Positions 35,318-46,100 of a stretch of DNA of 64,000 bases are shown here, piece by piece. The first letter of the stretch is position 1. Each line of letters begins with the position of its first letter. Source of the stretch: an uncultured Gammaproteobacteria bacterium (GTDB taxonomy: Bacteria > Patescibacteriota > Patescibacteriia > VMEV01 > CAYQCH01); contig CAZDCG010000001.1 in the NCBI GenBank assembly GCA_964503955.1, positions 316,210-380,209 on the forward strand, in the 5' to 3' direction. The notes beneath the pieces are model-generated. The model made no database searches and had not been told where the DNA came from. It saw only the letters and a list, made by a program, of their open reading frames with translations. The position numbers were made by a program, and so were the translations under genes.

Positions 35318-36667
35318 CTAGACAAGCTCGCCGAATAAACCGAAAGGCCGAGCCTCGGTCACAAGGACATCCACAAATTGCCCTGTATAGTCACGGGCGG
35401 CAAAAAACTGCGTTGTTTTAAACAGGTCGGATTTTCCGGAATTTTTAAACAGGCCGTCTTCCTGCTGCTCGGCTTCATCAACAAGCACACGGATGGTTTT
35501 GCCAATCAACTTATCATGCTGCTCCTGTGCGGTTGTTTTCAAAATTTCATTGAGTACTTTTTCACGGCGGCGCTTTTCTTCCCATGGCACATCGTCGATA
35601 AACTTGCGCTCGGAAACAGCACCGGGCCGCGGAGAATATTTGTTGATATACGCCAAATCGTATTTCACCTCTTTCATAAGCTCGGCGGTTTGTTCGAATA
35701 ATGCTTCCGTTTCACCGCAAAATCCCACGATAATATCGGTTGAAATAGCAACCGGATCAAGCAGCTCACGGATTTTTGCCAAACGTCCTTTATAATGTTC
35801 AACCGTATAATGGCGGTTCATTTTTTTCAGAATTTCATCAGACCCGGCCTGCACGGGCAAATTGATATAGTTCACGATTTTATCGTGCTTTGCCATAGTT
35901 TCAATCAGCTTGTCGGACATGTCATACGGATGCGAAGTGATGTAACGGATCCAAAAGTCGCCTGGAATCTGGGCGACCATTTCAAGCAGATCTGGAAAAT
36001 CTACTGCAACAACCTGCGAGCCGCCCGCTTGCTGTGCTTTGCGATTTATCACAAGCAGGCCGCGCTTTTCCTGCGGCTTATCATATTGCCCCGCATAACT
36101 ATTCACGTTTTGGCCAAGCAGCGTGATTTCCTTATAACCTTTTGCCACAAGCTGACGGCATTCGTCTAAAATGTCATTGACGGGGCGGGAGATTTCTCGG
36201 CCGCGAGTATACGGGACCGCGCAATAGGTACAGAATTTATCGCAGCCCGTCATGATCGGAACATATGCCTTGAAGTCTGATTGATGCTTGGGCGGAACAG
36301 CAAAGTAATCAGCCAGATCAAGCGCTTCTCCTTCGCCGATGATTTCCGGAATTTTTGGGATATCCTCAAGATTAACAACATGGTCGAATTCCTTGCCCAG
36401 GCGCTCGCGGTCATGCTGCAAAATGCAGCCTGTCAGAATGGTCGTCAGCTCCCCTTTTTCCTGGCGAGGCCGCCAATGGCGCAGCTTGCCATAAATACGG
36501 TCCATGGAAGTCTGGCGCACCGCGCAGGAATTCACCACAACCACATCCGCCTCAGCTTCAGAGGGACTTTCAACGTAATTGAGATGCTTAAAAACCGATG
36601 CGACTCGTTCCGAATCAGACCGGTTTTGCTGGCAGCCCAAGGTTAAAATATGGTATTTCTTGGCCAT
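35318..36667 (-). CDS. miaB: tRNA-i6A37 methylthiotransferase (radical SAM)
   Basis: N-terminal MTTase domain (HILTLGCQQNRSDSE), radical-SAM CxxxCxxC (CDKFCTYC), C-terminal TRAM domain. Confidence 0.9.
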   Translation of the reverse strand: MAKKYHILTLGCQQNRSDSERVASVFKHLNYVESPSEAEADVVVVNSCAVRQTSMDRIYGKLRHWRPRQEKGELTTILTGCILQHDRERLGKEFDHVVNLEDIPKIPEIIGEGEALDLADYFAVPPKHQSDFKAYVPIMTGCDKFCTYCAVPYTRGREISRPVNDILDECRQLVAKGYKEITLLGQNVNSYAGQYDKPQEKRGLLVINRKAQQAGGSQVVAVDFPDLLEMVAQIPGDFWIRYITSHPYDMSDKLIETMAKHDKIVNYINLPVQAGSDEILKKMNRHYTVEHYKGRLAKIRELLDPVAISTDIIVGFCGETEALFEQTAELMKEVKYDLAYINKYSPRPGAVSERKFIDDVPWEEKRRREKVLNEILKTTAQEQHDKLIGKTIRVLVDEAEQQEDGLFKNSGKSDLFKTTQFFAARDYTGQFVDVLVTEARPFGLFGELV

Positions 36668-36812
36668 AGAGTAGAGGGCATCTTAGAGGAAATCGGGTTT
36701 GAATTCAAGCGGGAAGACGCACAGACATAACAGACTCTACAGACGCACAGACTGTTTTTGGAAAATGTGATTTGTCTGTGAGTCTAAAACGTCTGTGAAT
36801 CTGTGCGTCTGC

Positions 36813-38009
36813 TTACAGCGTGTCGTCCATCGTCAGCGGGACAAGAGTTGCCGCAAACATCACGAGGGCCAAAAAGACAAATACCCCGTTTAAAGAAACT
36901 CCGGCCGCGAGCAGCAAAGAAGCAGCTACCGGCCCGATAACATACGCAAGCGGCCCTGTGCCACGGAAAAGATTGATCAAATCAAGATCGTCCGCGTCCA
37001 CTTTTTTGTAAAAATATGTATCGCGCATGATTTCAACCAAGGCGGCTCCCACGCGCGAACAGAAAAGAATGACCATCAATGCGGCAAAACTGGAAAAGAA
37101 AATCATCGCCAGACCGCAAATCCCCATCAAGGCGAATCCGACGGCGAGCATTTCCGTTTCGCCAAGGTATTTATCTGCCAGCCAGCCGGCCGGGTACTGG
37201 ATTAAAGCAAACGGAATAAGCATGACGGTAAAAATTTGGCCGATTTTCTCCCATGATAATCCCAAATCCAGCAGATAAATCGGCGTATAAATCACCATGA
37301 ATGAATAGAAAAAGGAAAGCAGCAGCGCCACAAGATAAATCCCTCGCAGATTTTTATCTGCAAGAATTTCTTTGAGCGCTGCTTTCAATTTAATCTGCCT
37401 TCGATATTTTTCATGTCCGTTATTTCTGTACGTAGCAAAAATCATTCCCCAAACGGGAATAAGCACAAGCGCGGCCAGAAAATAGGTTTGTGAAAATCCA
37501 TACCGCTCAACAAGAACACCGGTTATCGTCGGCGCAACCACAAAAGCAAGATTCACGCAGGTCCAAAACAAACCTCGAATACGGCCGGTTTCACTGTTTC
37601 TGGTAACAAATTCCAACAGAACATCGAAATTGATGACAATCACCGCATTCGCGCAAATCCAAACAAGAAAAGCGGCCAGGGACAGAGCTGGGTGCAGATT
37701 CACGGATAGCAAAAGAAGGGCACATACCTGCACAATCAACACGGTGAGAAAGACAACATGATTCTTGAATTTTTCAATGAAGCGGCCGTAGTATTGAATC
37801 AACAAAAAGGCGAGCGCATACCCCAACGCGAAAAATGACCCGACCACGGATTTGGGAATAAGCGTTTCAAGAAAGGACGAATTGATATACGCCACCAGCG
37901 CGCCTGAGGCACTTGCAAAAAAACCGCATGAGAGGATGACCTGGATAAGACTGCGATTTTGTTTGCGCGTAGCTTGAATGATTTCTGGCATATGAAAATA
38001 TTGTAACAT
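36813..38009 (-). CDS. MFS transporter
   Basis: 12-TM profile in two 6-TM halves. Confidence 0.8.
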   Translation of the reverse strand: MLQYFHMPEIIQATRKQNRSLIQVILSCGFFASASGALVAYINSSFLETLIPKSVVGSFFALGYALAFLLIQYYGRFIEKFKNHVVFLTVLIVQVCALLLLSVNLHPALSLAAFLVWICANAVIVINFDVLLEFVTRNSETGRIRGLFWTCVNLAFVVAPTITGVLVERYGFSQTYFLAALVLIPVWGMIFATYRNNGHEKYRRQIKLKAALKEILADKNLRGIYLVALLLSFFYSFMVIYTPIYLLDLGLSWEKIGQIFTVMLIPFALIQYPAGWLADKYLGETEMLAVGFALMGICGLAMIFFSSFAALMVILFCSRVGAALVEIMRDTYFYKKVDADDLDLINLFRGTGPLAYVIGPVAASLLLAAGVSLNGVFVFLALVMFAATLVPLTMDDTL

Positions 38010-38189
38010 ATCTACCTTGAAGGATCTCCCCCTCCATATCTATTTTTTTAGTCACTATATTTCTGCCCCTCTTCAAAAGAGGGGGAACATTTTTGTTCTC
38101 TTCTTCCCCCTTTTGAAGGGAGATTGGGATCAAGATGGAAAGGGGAGCAACTAACTGAGGGGGATCCTCAAATCAAAAAACCCACTCCG

Positions 38190-38226
38190 CGACATCGGTG
38201 TGGGCTTTTTGTAACTTCATTATAGC
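38190..38226 (-). terminator. thrS terminator (cccacaccgatgtcgcggagtggg + TTTTTT on the minus strand)
   Basis: Hairpin plus T-run immediately after the thrS stop. Confidence 0.6.
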
Positions 38227-38228
38227 AG

Positions 38229-39995
38229 CTACGATCTCTCCTCAATCTCTTTTCTGACTTTCTCAATAAATTCTGCCTTCTCCATTTCCTCCGTTTGCTG
38301 CTGCCCCCTTCGGCGGATGGCAAGCTTGCCGCCGTCTTGTTCCTTATCGCCGATCACAAGAATATACGGCACCTTCATTTTCTCTGCTTCACGGATTTTC
38401 TTGCCGACCGTATTGTCAGACACATCCACAGCCGCACGGATACCTGCTGCAATAAACTCCTGCTGCAGGGTTTTAACAAAGTCCACATGCCGCTCGCTTA
38501 CAGCCAATAAACGCACCTGTTCTGGCGCAAGCCAGACGGGAAATGCGCCCGCATAATGCTCGATCAACAATGACAGGAAGCGTTCAACCGAACCGGTAAT
38601 CGCCCGATGCAGCATCACGACGCGCTCCTCTTCTCCCTTTTCATTCGTATAGGTCAGATTGAAGCGCTCAGGCAGGTTGAAATCAAGCTGAATAGTGGCC
38701 AGCTGCCAGTCGCGGCCAAGAGCGTCTTTAGCGATAAAGTCGATTTTCGGCCCGTAAAACGCCGCTTCGCCTGTTCCATCAATAAATTCCAGACCTTGGT
38801 CCTGAAGAATCCCTTTTAGCAACCCTTCCGCCCGTTCCCAGACCTCGGTATCGCCCAGATATTTCTCAGGCGCTTTTGGATCATGCGTTGAGAGGCGCGG
38901 CGTGAGCGGCATGCCAAGATTGGCATAGAGCTTACTGATGATATCGTACATTTTCAACGCTTCCTCCTTGATCTGATCCATGCGGCAGAAGACATGCGCG
39001 TCATCCTGGGTAATCGAGCGAACGCGCGAGAGTCCTTGTAATTGGCCGGTATTTTCGTCACGGTAGACGGTTGTCACTTCACTGTAACGCAGTGGAAGAT
39101 CACGATAACTGCGCGGCTGAGAGGCGTAAATCTGCGTATGATGCGGACAATTCATCGGCTTCATGATGAATTCGTCTTCGGTCATTTTCGATTTGATATG
39201 GAAAATATCATCCGCGAATTTCTGATAATGGCCGGAGGTTTTATACAAATCGGCTTTGGCCATATGCGGGATATTCACGCGCTGGTATCCATGCGGTTTC
39301 ATCAGTTCCCAGACAAAATCCGTGACAGCTTCACGCATGATAGTTCCGCGCGGAGTAAAGAGCGGCAGCCCCTGGCCGACCAGATCGGAAAAAGCGAAGA
39401 GATCAAGCTCTTTGCCAAGTTTTCGATGATCGCGCTTTTTTGCTTCTTCGCGCATGGCCAAAAACGCGTCGAGCTCCTCCTGCGTTGGAAAGGCCAAAGC
39501 GTAAACACGTTGCAGCATTTGATTGCGTTCATCGCCGCGCCAGTACGCGCCGGCAACACGATCAAGCTTGAATACGCCGGCTTCGCCGGTTTTCTGCGTA
39601 TGTCCGCCTTTGCAAAGATCGGTAAAATCGCCATGCGAATAGAAGGTGATTTTGCCGTCTTCAAGTTCATGGAGAATTTCTACTTTGTATGGCTGATTGC
39701 GTTCTTGAAAATACGCAATCGCTTCTTCCTTGCTCACCTCTCGTCCTTCAAACGGCAAATCCTTGTTAATGATTTTGCGCATTTCCTTTTCGATTTTTTT
39801 GAAATCGTCTGGAGTGAAGGTGTGGTCGGACTCAACATCGTAATAAAATCCGTCTTCAACCGCCGGCCCGATGGCCAGTTTGGTATTTGGGTACAGTTTC
39901 ATGATGGCATCAGCCATGATATGCGCCAAAGAGTGACGCATCTTTTCAATCTCGCTCATGTCTGCTGCTTTTTTTTCTCCAAAGGCTTTTGACAT
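38229..39995 (-). CDS. thrS: threonyl-tRNA synthetase (N2 editing + catalytic + anticodon-binding domains; no N-terminal TGS domain)
   Basis: HSLAHIMA editing motif, class II motifs, and the ...RDHRKLG... region; start set at MSKAFGEKK. Confidence 0.95.
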   Translation of the reverse strand: MSKAFGEKKAADMSEIEKMRHSLAHIMADAIMKLYPNTKLAIGPAVEDGFYYDVESDHTFTPDDFKKIEKEMRKIINKDLPFEGREVSKEEAIAYFQERNQPYKVEILHELEDGKITFYSHGDFTDLCKGGHTQKTGEAGVFKLDRVAGAYWRGDERNQMLQRVYALAFPTQEELDAFLAMREEAKKRDHRKLGKELDLFAFSDLVGQGLPLFTPRGTIMREAVTDFVWELMKPHGYQRVNIPHMAKADLYKTSGHYQKFADDIFHIKSKMTEDEFIMKPMNCPHHTQIYASQPRSYRDLPLRYSEVTTVYRDENTGQLQGLSRVRSITQDDAHVFCRMDQIKEEALKMYDIISKLYANLGMPLTPRLSTHDPKAPEKYLGDTEVWERAEGLLKGILQDQGLEFIDGTGEAAFYGPKIDFIAKDALGRDWQLATIQLDFNLPERFNLTYTNEKGEEERVVMLHRAITGSVERFLSLLIEHYAGAFPVWLAPEQVRLLAVSERHVDFVKTLQQEFIAAGIRAAVDVSDNTVGKKIREAEKMKVPYILVIGDKEQDGGKLAIRRRGQQQTEEMEKAEFIEKVRKEIEERS

Positions 39996-40099
39996 AGTTG
40001 CTTTTTCGTCATTCCCGCGCAGGCGGGAATCTAGAGGATTAATCTTCTTGGTGCTATGAATCGTGCTTATAAGTGTGATTTTCCATTCACGATTCCATA

Positions 40100-40335
40100 G
40101 ATTGCAAGGAATGAATAAAAAAACTCGTCTCACGATTAATCAATGATCAATCATGGGACGAGCTTTCTTGCCCGCGGTTCCACCCATATTTGCATCAGGG
40201 ATGCACGCTCATTACACCTTTTTTCTCCAAGAGTGGTATTTTCAGAGACCGAAGAGGGGGTTTGCAGCCGCGACCCACCTTCTCTAAACAACGGCTATTT
40301 CTGAAAACATGTCTCTTTTCAACGACAAAAGGTGC
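40100..40335 (-). promoter_or_regulatory. T-box riboswitch leader of thrS (candidate Thr ACC specifier; terminator/antiterminator)
   Basis: On the minus strand there is a T-box consensus ATGGGTGGAACCGCGGG (rc of 40171-40186) and a terminator ctcgtccc...gagacgag + TTTTTTT (rc of 40116-40163). Upstream there is a stem-I-like region with AGAGA and ...gaaaatACCActc... (rc of 40232-40246), a plausible specifier loop. Confidence 0.55.
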
Positions 40336-40418
40336 AATCATTGTAGAAAATCCCCTCAAAAAGGTCAATGTATAACAGAAGGCGGCCGGAATGCGGAAAG
40401 CACTCAGCGGCCGCCCTT

Positions 40419-41114
40419 TCATGGCTCCCCCATTCTGCGGATGACGCGATTGGTGATCGCACAAAACAGGGTCTGAGCAGCTATGAAAATCAAAAGAGAG
40501 ACTGCCACTCCATGACTGAGCGTATCACAGTCAATCGTAATAATCCCCGTATCAGAGAGCACAGCGCAGACCCAAACAAAAAGAGCAAGCGCTGCGACAA
40601 CCGCACATACAATCAACGGAGTAATGTTCATCAAATAACGCAACCGATTTCGCTGATCTCCTCGCGCGCGCCACCCCGCCAAGCATGGACAGAGCTCCAA
40701 GCTGCCGGAGCGATAACAGTCAATGCATCCCCATTTCCCGCATTCCAGACAACCGCTGGTCACGGTGGGAACACGCTTGCAGCCAGGACAGATATTGCTG
40801 GCATGACCAAGGCCGCTCAGGCAGCCGTACGTCGCGCAGCCGTATTCCACCAGGCAGTCGGAATGATGCATGGTACGGCATGTGCAGCAAGCCGTTTGGG
40901 AATCATCTTGCAAAGTACCGTGACAATACGGGCACCGGCCTTCTCCAGATTGAACCTCTCTCAACTTCAATCGACACCTCGTCTCACAGAACTCGTTGCC
41001 CGATACAAATCCGGCAATCAGAACTGCCGCCGTCTGATGTTTGTGAAACAAGACGGCGAAGCTGTTCAGAAGAATGATAGTACTCTGAACCCCTCCTTTG
41101 CGAAAAAGCCCCAT
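40419..41114 (-). CDS. Cys-rich multi-zinc-finger membrane protein (C-terminal 2 TM); in frame with the upstream ORF across a TGA
   Basis: Repeated C-x2-C...C-x2-C...H...C...GC modules followed by two TM helices; separated from ORF 41118..41354 only by an in-frame TGA + Glu codon. Confidence 0.45.
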   Translation of the reverse strand: MGLFRKGGVQSTIILLNSFAVLFHKHQTAAVLIAGFVSGNEFCETRCRLKLREVQSGEGRCPYCHGTLQDDSQTACCTCRTMHHSDCLVEYGCATYGCLSGLGHASNICPGCKRVPTVTSGCLECGKWGCIDCYRSGSLELCPCLAGWRARGDQRNRLRYLMNITPLIVCAVVAALALFVWVCAVLSDTGIITIDCDTLSHGVAVSLLIFIAAQTLFCAITNRVIRRMGEP

Positions 41115-41117
41115 CTC

Positions 41118-41354
41118 TCAGAACGGCCGCTCGAACCTGGCCGTTTCAGAGCTGCGAGCGACCCAGCGCGTCTCGCAGCCTGTGGTGGTACAGTGTTGAT
41201 CACGGACACAGGTGCGATGATACATCTGCTCGCAGCCAAGACAGCGAACGAAAAGGCCTTTGATCTCAGTGCCGCAGGCCTTGCAAAGCAGGGAAACTCC
41301 CTGCGTGTTTTCATACTCCAAATGCCACCTCCTAACGCCGCAGGAGTTTAGCAA
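41118..41354 (-). CDS. Cys-rich zinc-ribbon protein (possible N-terminal part of the downstream ORF, or tandem paralog)
   Basis: LCKACGTEIKGLFVRCLGCEQMYHRTCVRDQHCTTTGC is the same module type as in 40419..41114. Confidence 0.4.
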   Translation of the reverse strand: MLNSCGVRRWHLEYENTQGVSLLCKACGTEIKGLFVRCLGCEQMYHRTCVRDQHCTTTGCETRWVARSSETARFERPF

Positions 41355-41820
41355 AAAATTTCCCGACCGGCCAGTGCCGCCTCATGGGATGAAGATGAGC
41401 AGCAAGACCGAATGCCAGAGCGATGATAACAAGATTCTTGATAATATATTGTCCCTCCAGCGTAGGGACGAATGCTCGTTGCCAGGAAATATGCGGCAGC
41501 AGAATAAGCGGCAAAAACGTTGCAATCATATGAGGGATCAGCAGAGCAATGGCAAGTCGTTCAAAACGAGGGAAAAGAAAGGCGACGCCGATCAGCATCT
41601 CGACCATGCCCAAAATAAACTTGAAACTTTCAAACGACCAAAATGGCAGAATCATTGCGAGCTGAGCAGCCACCAGGGCGTTTGCCGGGCTTAATCCTAA
41701 AAGCTTTAGCATGCCAAACCAGAAAAATACGATAAAAAGAGCCACTCTGGCGAGTGGCATGTGAATCTCTTTTAGTTTTTGAAGAATGTATCTGTCAAAG
41801 GCATGAATGAACGCGGACAT
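41332..41820 (-). CDS. DoxX-like small membrane protein
   Basis: 4 TM segments, ~160 aa, composition typical of the DoxX family. Confidence 0.4.
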   Translation of the reverse strand: MSAFIHAFDRYILQKLKEIHMPLARVALFIVFFWFGMLKLLGLSPANALVAAQLAMILPFWSFESFKFILGMVEMLIGVAFLFPRFERLAIALLIPHMIATFLPLILLPHISWQRAFVPTLEGQYIIKNLVIIALAFGLAAHLHPMRRHWPVGKFFAKLLRR

Positions 41821-41822
41821 AA

Positions 41823-42983
41823 TCAGGAAGCGAATTGGATATAGATATGATCAACCAGGCGTGGAATACGGCGCAGCCAGAACGGACGCAATTCAATGCT
41901 GACTTCTTCAATTCCCGCGTCTTCTTCCAATTGGCGCTTCACATCAGCCGGTTTTTCTCCAACAAAATTTGACGCGTCTAAAAGCGGATGTGCCGAACTG
42001 ATGCGGCGTTCGCCGTGGAGAACAATATGCAGCTGGGCAATGCCTTCTTCAACATCAAGCGTGCTGAGTTCATAAGTGAACGATCCGTCATCGCTTGAAG
42101 AAAGCTCGTATCCAAGCGTGGTGGTGGCATACAATTGCGCCTGCGCTAATTCAAGCAGATCTTCCTCAAATGCCTGCACAAGTGCTACCTGAGCCTTGGT
42201 GGCAACAGTAAACTGCTGCGCATTTTCTCCAACAGCCGGTTCCACGGTCTGCTCGCTGATCTCAACACTTGCGGCATTTGGCAAAATCAAATCCGGATTG
42301 ATCCCTTGCGCTTCCAACTGCTCCATGGCGCGCTGAATCAATTCATCTTTGGCTTGTTCCATGACAAGATCAACCGCGGACCGGGTCACCTGATAGGTCG
42401 CCTTCGTGCCGCCGGTCATTGCCTGGTCGCTGACGGCATAAACCTCCTGCTGGCGCGCCTGATTCAAACCTGGAATCGTAAAACGGGTCGGCGCGATTTC
42501 CCCCTTCTTTCCTGGCTGATCCGCGTAGACTTCGGCCTGCACTTCACCGTTGGCCGGAACATTCACAGCAGACCGCAAACGGAAGAGCACGCCTTCTTCT
42601 GAAAGCAGGCGCGTTGTCGCGACCAGGGGTTGGGCTTGGCTTGAATTATTGACGAGCCGAACGGTTCCCGTTGCCTGCTGCGGTTCGCCATCAGCCAGCA
42701 ATTCCGCTTCTCCTGTGCGCTGCGCATCAAGCTCCACAATATGCAGCCGGGCGGTGATTCCCTCATTTGTGATTTCGCTGTCTTCTCTCACCAATACGTG
42801 AAAATCAGCATTCACATTCTCCGGCGCAGGCGTGACAAGAATTACCGCCTGGGAAAGCGAAAAATACACCAAACCAAGCAGGACAACAATGGCTGCACCG
42901 ATGAAGGTAAAGGCGATTTGACGGTAAAAATGAATCTTATGCTGGCGAATCGTCTGCGGAGTTTCAGTCGTTTGATTTTTCAT
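41823..42983 (-). CDS. hypothetical membrane-anchored protein
   Basis: N-terminal TM helix then a ~350-aa extracytoplasmic region; TTGACT-18-TATAAT promoter upstream (rc of ~43030-43060). Confidence 0.5.
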   Translation of the reverse strand: MKNQTTETPQTIRQHKIHFYRQIAFTFIGAAIVVLLGLVYFSLSQAVILVTPAPENVNADFHVLVREDSEITNEGITARLHIVELDAQRTGEAELLADGEPQQATGTVRLVNNSSQAQPLVATTRLLSEEGVLFRLRSAVNVPANGEVQAEVYADQPGKKGEIAPTRFTIPGLNQARQQEVYAVSDQAMTGGTKATYQVTRSAVDLVMEQAKDELIQRAMEQLEAQGINPDLILPNAASVEISEQTVEPAVGENAQQFTVATKAQVALVQAFEEDLLELAQAQLYATTTLGYELSSSDDGSFTYELSTLDVEEGIAQLHIVLHGERRISSAHPLLDASNFVGEKPADVKRQLEEDAGIEEVSIELRPFWLRRIPRLVDHIYIQFAS

Positions 42984-43157
42984 AGTTGGGGACGGCTTTG
43001 TTGTTTGTCTGATGGTCTATATTATACGAGAAACAAGCGAGTATAGTCAAAATCAAGATATCTAAATTCTGAGCGCTGGATCAGAATTCTTTCTCAGAGC
43101 CGACTCAGGTCCAGAGAAAGAGTCCAGAACTCAGGATTCAGCGATGCACTGCTATAC

Positions 43158-46100
43158 CTAACTTACCACCCGCAAACTTCCAGGGCCGGTGATCTTTTGA
43201 ATCTGATAGCGCGATTCTTCATTGATGGCGATGCGATAGCTCGTCTTAATGGTGCGGTGTTCGGTTTGGCCCACCTTTAAATACACCGGCACATTGCCTT
43301 TGTAACGTTCAAATAAATGTTTCAGCTGATCGGTTCGGAAAGGGTCCGGCAGAGCCGGAAGATGAAAATACACCCCGGACGGCTCTTTCTGCGAGCCGAT
43401 CGTTTGCGATGGATCGGTTGGCAATCGTCCTTGGGAAAGAATTTTTTTCAATTCAGGCAAATTCTCGTCCGTAATCACCCAGGCAGTATCGCAAATCAGT
43501 TTGGCCTGCCCGTCGCGCGTAGAGACTTTGGCACGCACAAGCACCGACTGGTCATTCATCCAGATATTTGGAGCCTGCGCAAAAGTGCGCGGGAAGATAA
43601 TCAATTCTTTGCTGCTTGAATCGTCTTCGATCTGGCAAAACGACATCAAATCGCCTTTTTTGGTCGTGATCGTTTTCGCATCCGTAATCATGGCAGCCAC
43701 GCAGACAAGATGATTATCCGGACAGTCATCGATGCGTTCCAGCTTAGATACCTTGCCGTCAAAGGCTTTGGCGATCTTTTTGAATGGATGGCTGCTTAGA
43801 TATACGCCAAGGAGCTCTTTTTCCCACATCAGCTGTTCTTTGGCCGAAGCGGGATCGACCGGCTGCAAGTAGAGACTGGCCTGCTCCTTTTGCATGGAAG
43901 AAAAGAGCATGCTTTGCCCCGAACTTTTCACCTGCTGCTGAATTTTGGCAAAGCTGAGGATCTGCTCCATATTCATAAGCACCGTATTGCGTTCCGCCAA
44001 TGAATCAAGCGCGCCGGCTTTGGCTAAATTTTCCAGTGTTTTCTTGTTGAGATTACGGTCCTCAACGCGCGTCATCAAATCAGCAAGGTCTTTGAACGGA
44101 CCGTTTTTCTTTCGCTCTTCAATAATGACATCAATAATTCCCTGCCCCACGTTTTTAATCGCCAATAGACCAAAGCGGATCGTCTTGCTGTCCATGACCG
44201 TGAAGTTAGACAGGCTTTCATTGATATCAGGGGCAAGAACGCGGATACCAAGGCGCTGGCATTCGCGGATCGCGTCGGCGATTTTTCCCAAATCATGATA
44301 TTCCGCCGTCATCAGCGCGGCCATATACTCCACCGGGAAATTGGCCTTCATATAGGCGGTCTGATACGCGACCAGCCCATACGAAGCCGCATGCGCCTTG
44401 TTAAATCCGTACGCGGCAAACGGTTCAATCAGTTTGAATAAGTCCTGCGCCTGCTTCTTGGTCAGACCGCCATGCGACTGGGCCCCGTCAATAAACTTTT
44501 CTTTCTGCGCGGCCATCTCGGCTGGAATCTTTTTTCCCATGGCTTTGCGCAGCTTATCGGCCTCAAGCCAGTCGTATCCAGCAATAGTAATAGCCGTAAG
44601 CAAAACGTCGTCCTGATAGGTCATGATCCCGTATGATTTTTCAAGCACGGTTTCAAGACGCGGATCAGGATAGGTGACTTTAGAAGGATCCTTTTTGCGC
44701 GCGATATATTCAGGAATCGATTCCATCGGACCGGGGCGGAACAGCGCGACCATGGCCATGATGTCATGGATGGTGGTTGGCTGCAGCTCCATTAAGTAGC
44801 GCGTCATGCCGCGGCCGCCCAGCTGGAAAACACCAAAGGTCTGTCCTTTAGAAAGCATGTCAAAGGTTTTGGGATCGTCTAGCGGAATATTGAGAATATC
44901 AATTTCCTTGCCTCGTGTGCGTTTGATAATTTCAATCGCGCGTCCAAGGATGGACAAGTTGCGGATCCCAAGAAAATCCATTTTTACAAGCCCGGCTTCC
45001 TCAATGGATTTCATTTCATACTGCGTCACGTTGCCGCCGGTATCAGGATCAACCTGCACGGCGGTAAAGTCCGTCAGCGGGCCGGGCGCGATGACCACAC
45101 CCGCCGCGTGAATCGAACTATGCCGCGCGCAGCCTTCCACTTTCTTGGCATAATCAAGCAGTCGGCGGGTATTCGGTTCAGTCTGATACGCTTTTTTGAG
45201 TTCGGGATTTTCCTCGAGCGCGCGTTCAATGGTCATAGGAAATCCCTGCGCGCCCATGGGAATCATTTTGCTGATGCGGTCCACATCCCCGTAGCGCATG
45301 CCAAGCGCGCGGCCCACATCGCGCACGGCCCCGCGCGCCGCCATGGTTCCAAAGGTGATGATATGCGCAACCTTGTCCTCGCCGTATGTATCAATCACGT
45401 ACTGCACCACCTCATGGCGGCGATCATCCTGGATATCGAAATCGATATCAGGGGCAGACGGACGGAGCGGGTTTAAGAAACGTTCAAATGGCAGATTATA
45501 ATCAAGCGGGTTAACATCAAGAATTTCCATCGAATATGAAACAAGCGAACCCGCGGCCGATCCACGCGTCGTGCTCATAATCCCCTGCTTTTTTGTCCAT
45601 TTACAGAAATCCGAATAAATCAAAAAGTACTCAGGATATTTTTTCACTTTGATGATTTCAAGCTCATAGCGAAGCCGTTCAATCACGAAAGCATCATCCT
45701 GATCGAATCGTTCTTTGATTTGTTCAATGGTCGCGGCTTCGGCTTCCTCAGCGTTCATATAGCCGTAACGGACCGCCAATCCGCGATGCGCGCGGTCATA
45801 CAGCCACTCATCGGCCGTATAGCCTTGCGGGATTTCATAGAGCGGAAAATGAAATTCTCCCAGCGGAATTTCAAGCTCGATTTTTTCTGCCACGCGGACC
45901 GTTTCATCCACTGCTTCAGGATGATCCGCAAAGCCGGAGCGGATCTGCTCTTCGGACTTCATGGATAAATCCACCTCGCGCATGTCCAGGCGATTGGTAT
46001 CGCTCACTTCCTTGCCGGTGCCGATACACACGAGCAAATCCTGCGCTTCCGAATCCTCTTTATGTAAATAATGGCAGTCGCAGGTTGCGACCGTTTTGAT

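Noticed and set aside
39042-39992. 316-aa plus-strand ORF antisense to thrS
   Set aside because: It is entirely contained in the conserved ThrRS gene on the other strand.
40195-40464. 89-aa ORF on the minus strand between the Cys-rich gene and thrS
   Set aside because: It lies exactly over the T-box leader (T-box consensus, terminator, specifier-like loop). It has low-complexity composition and no SD.
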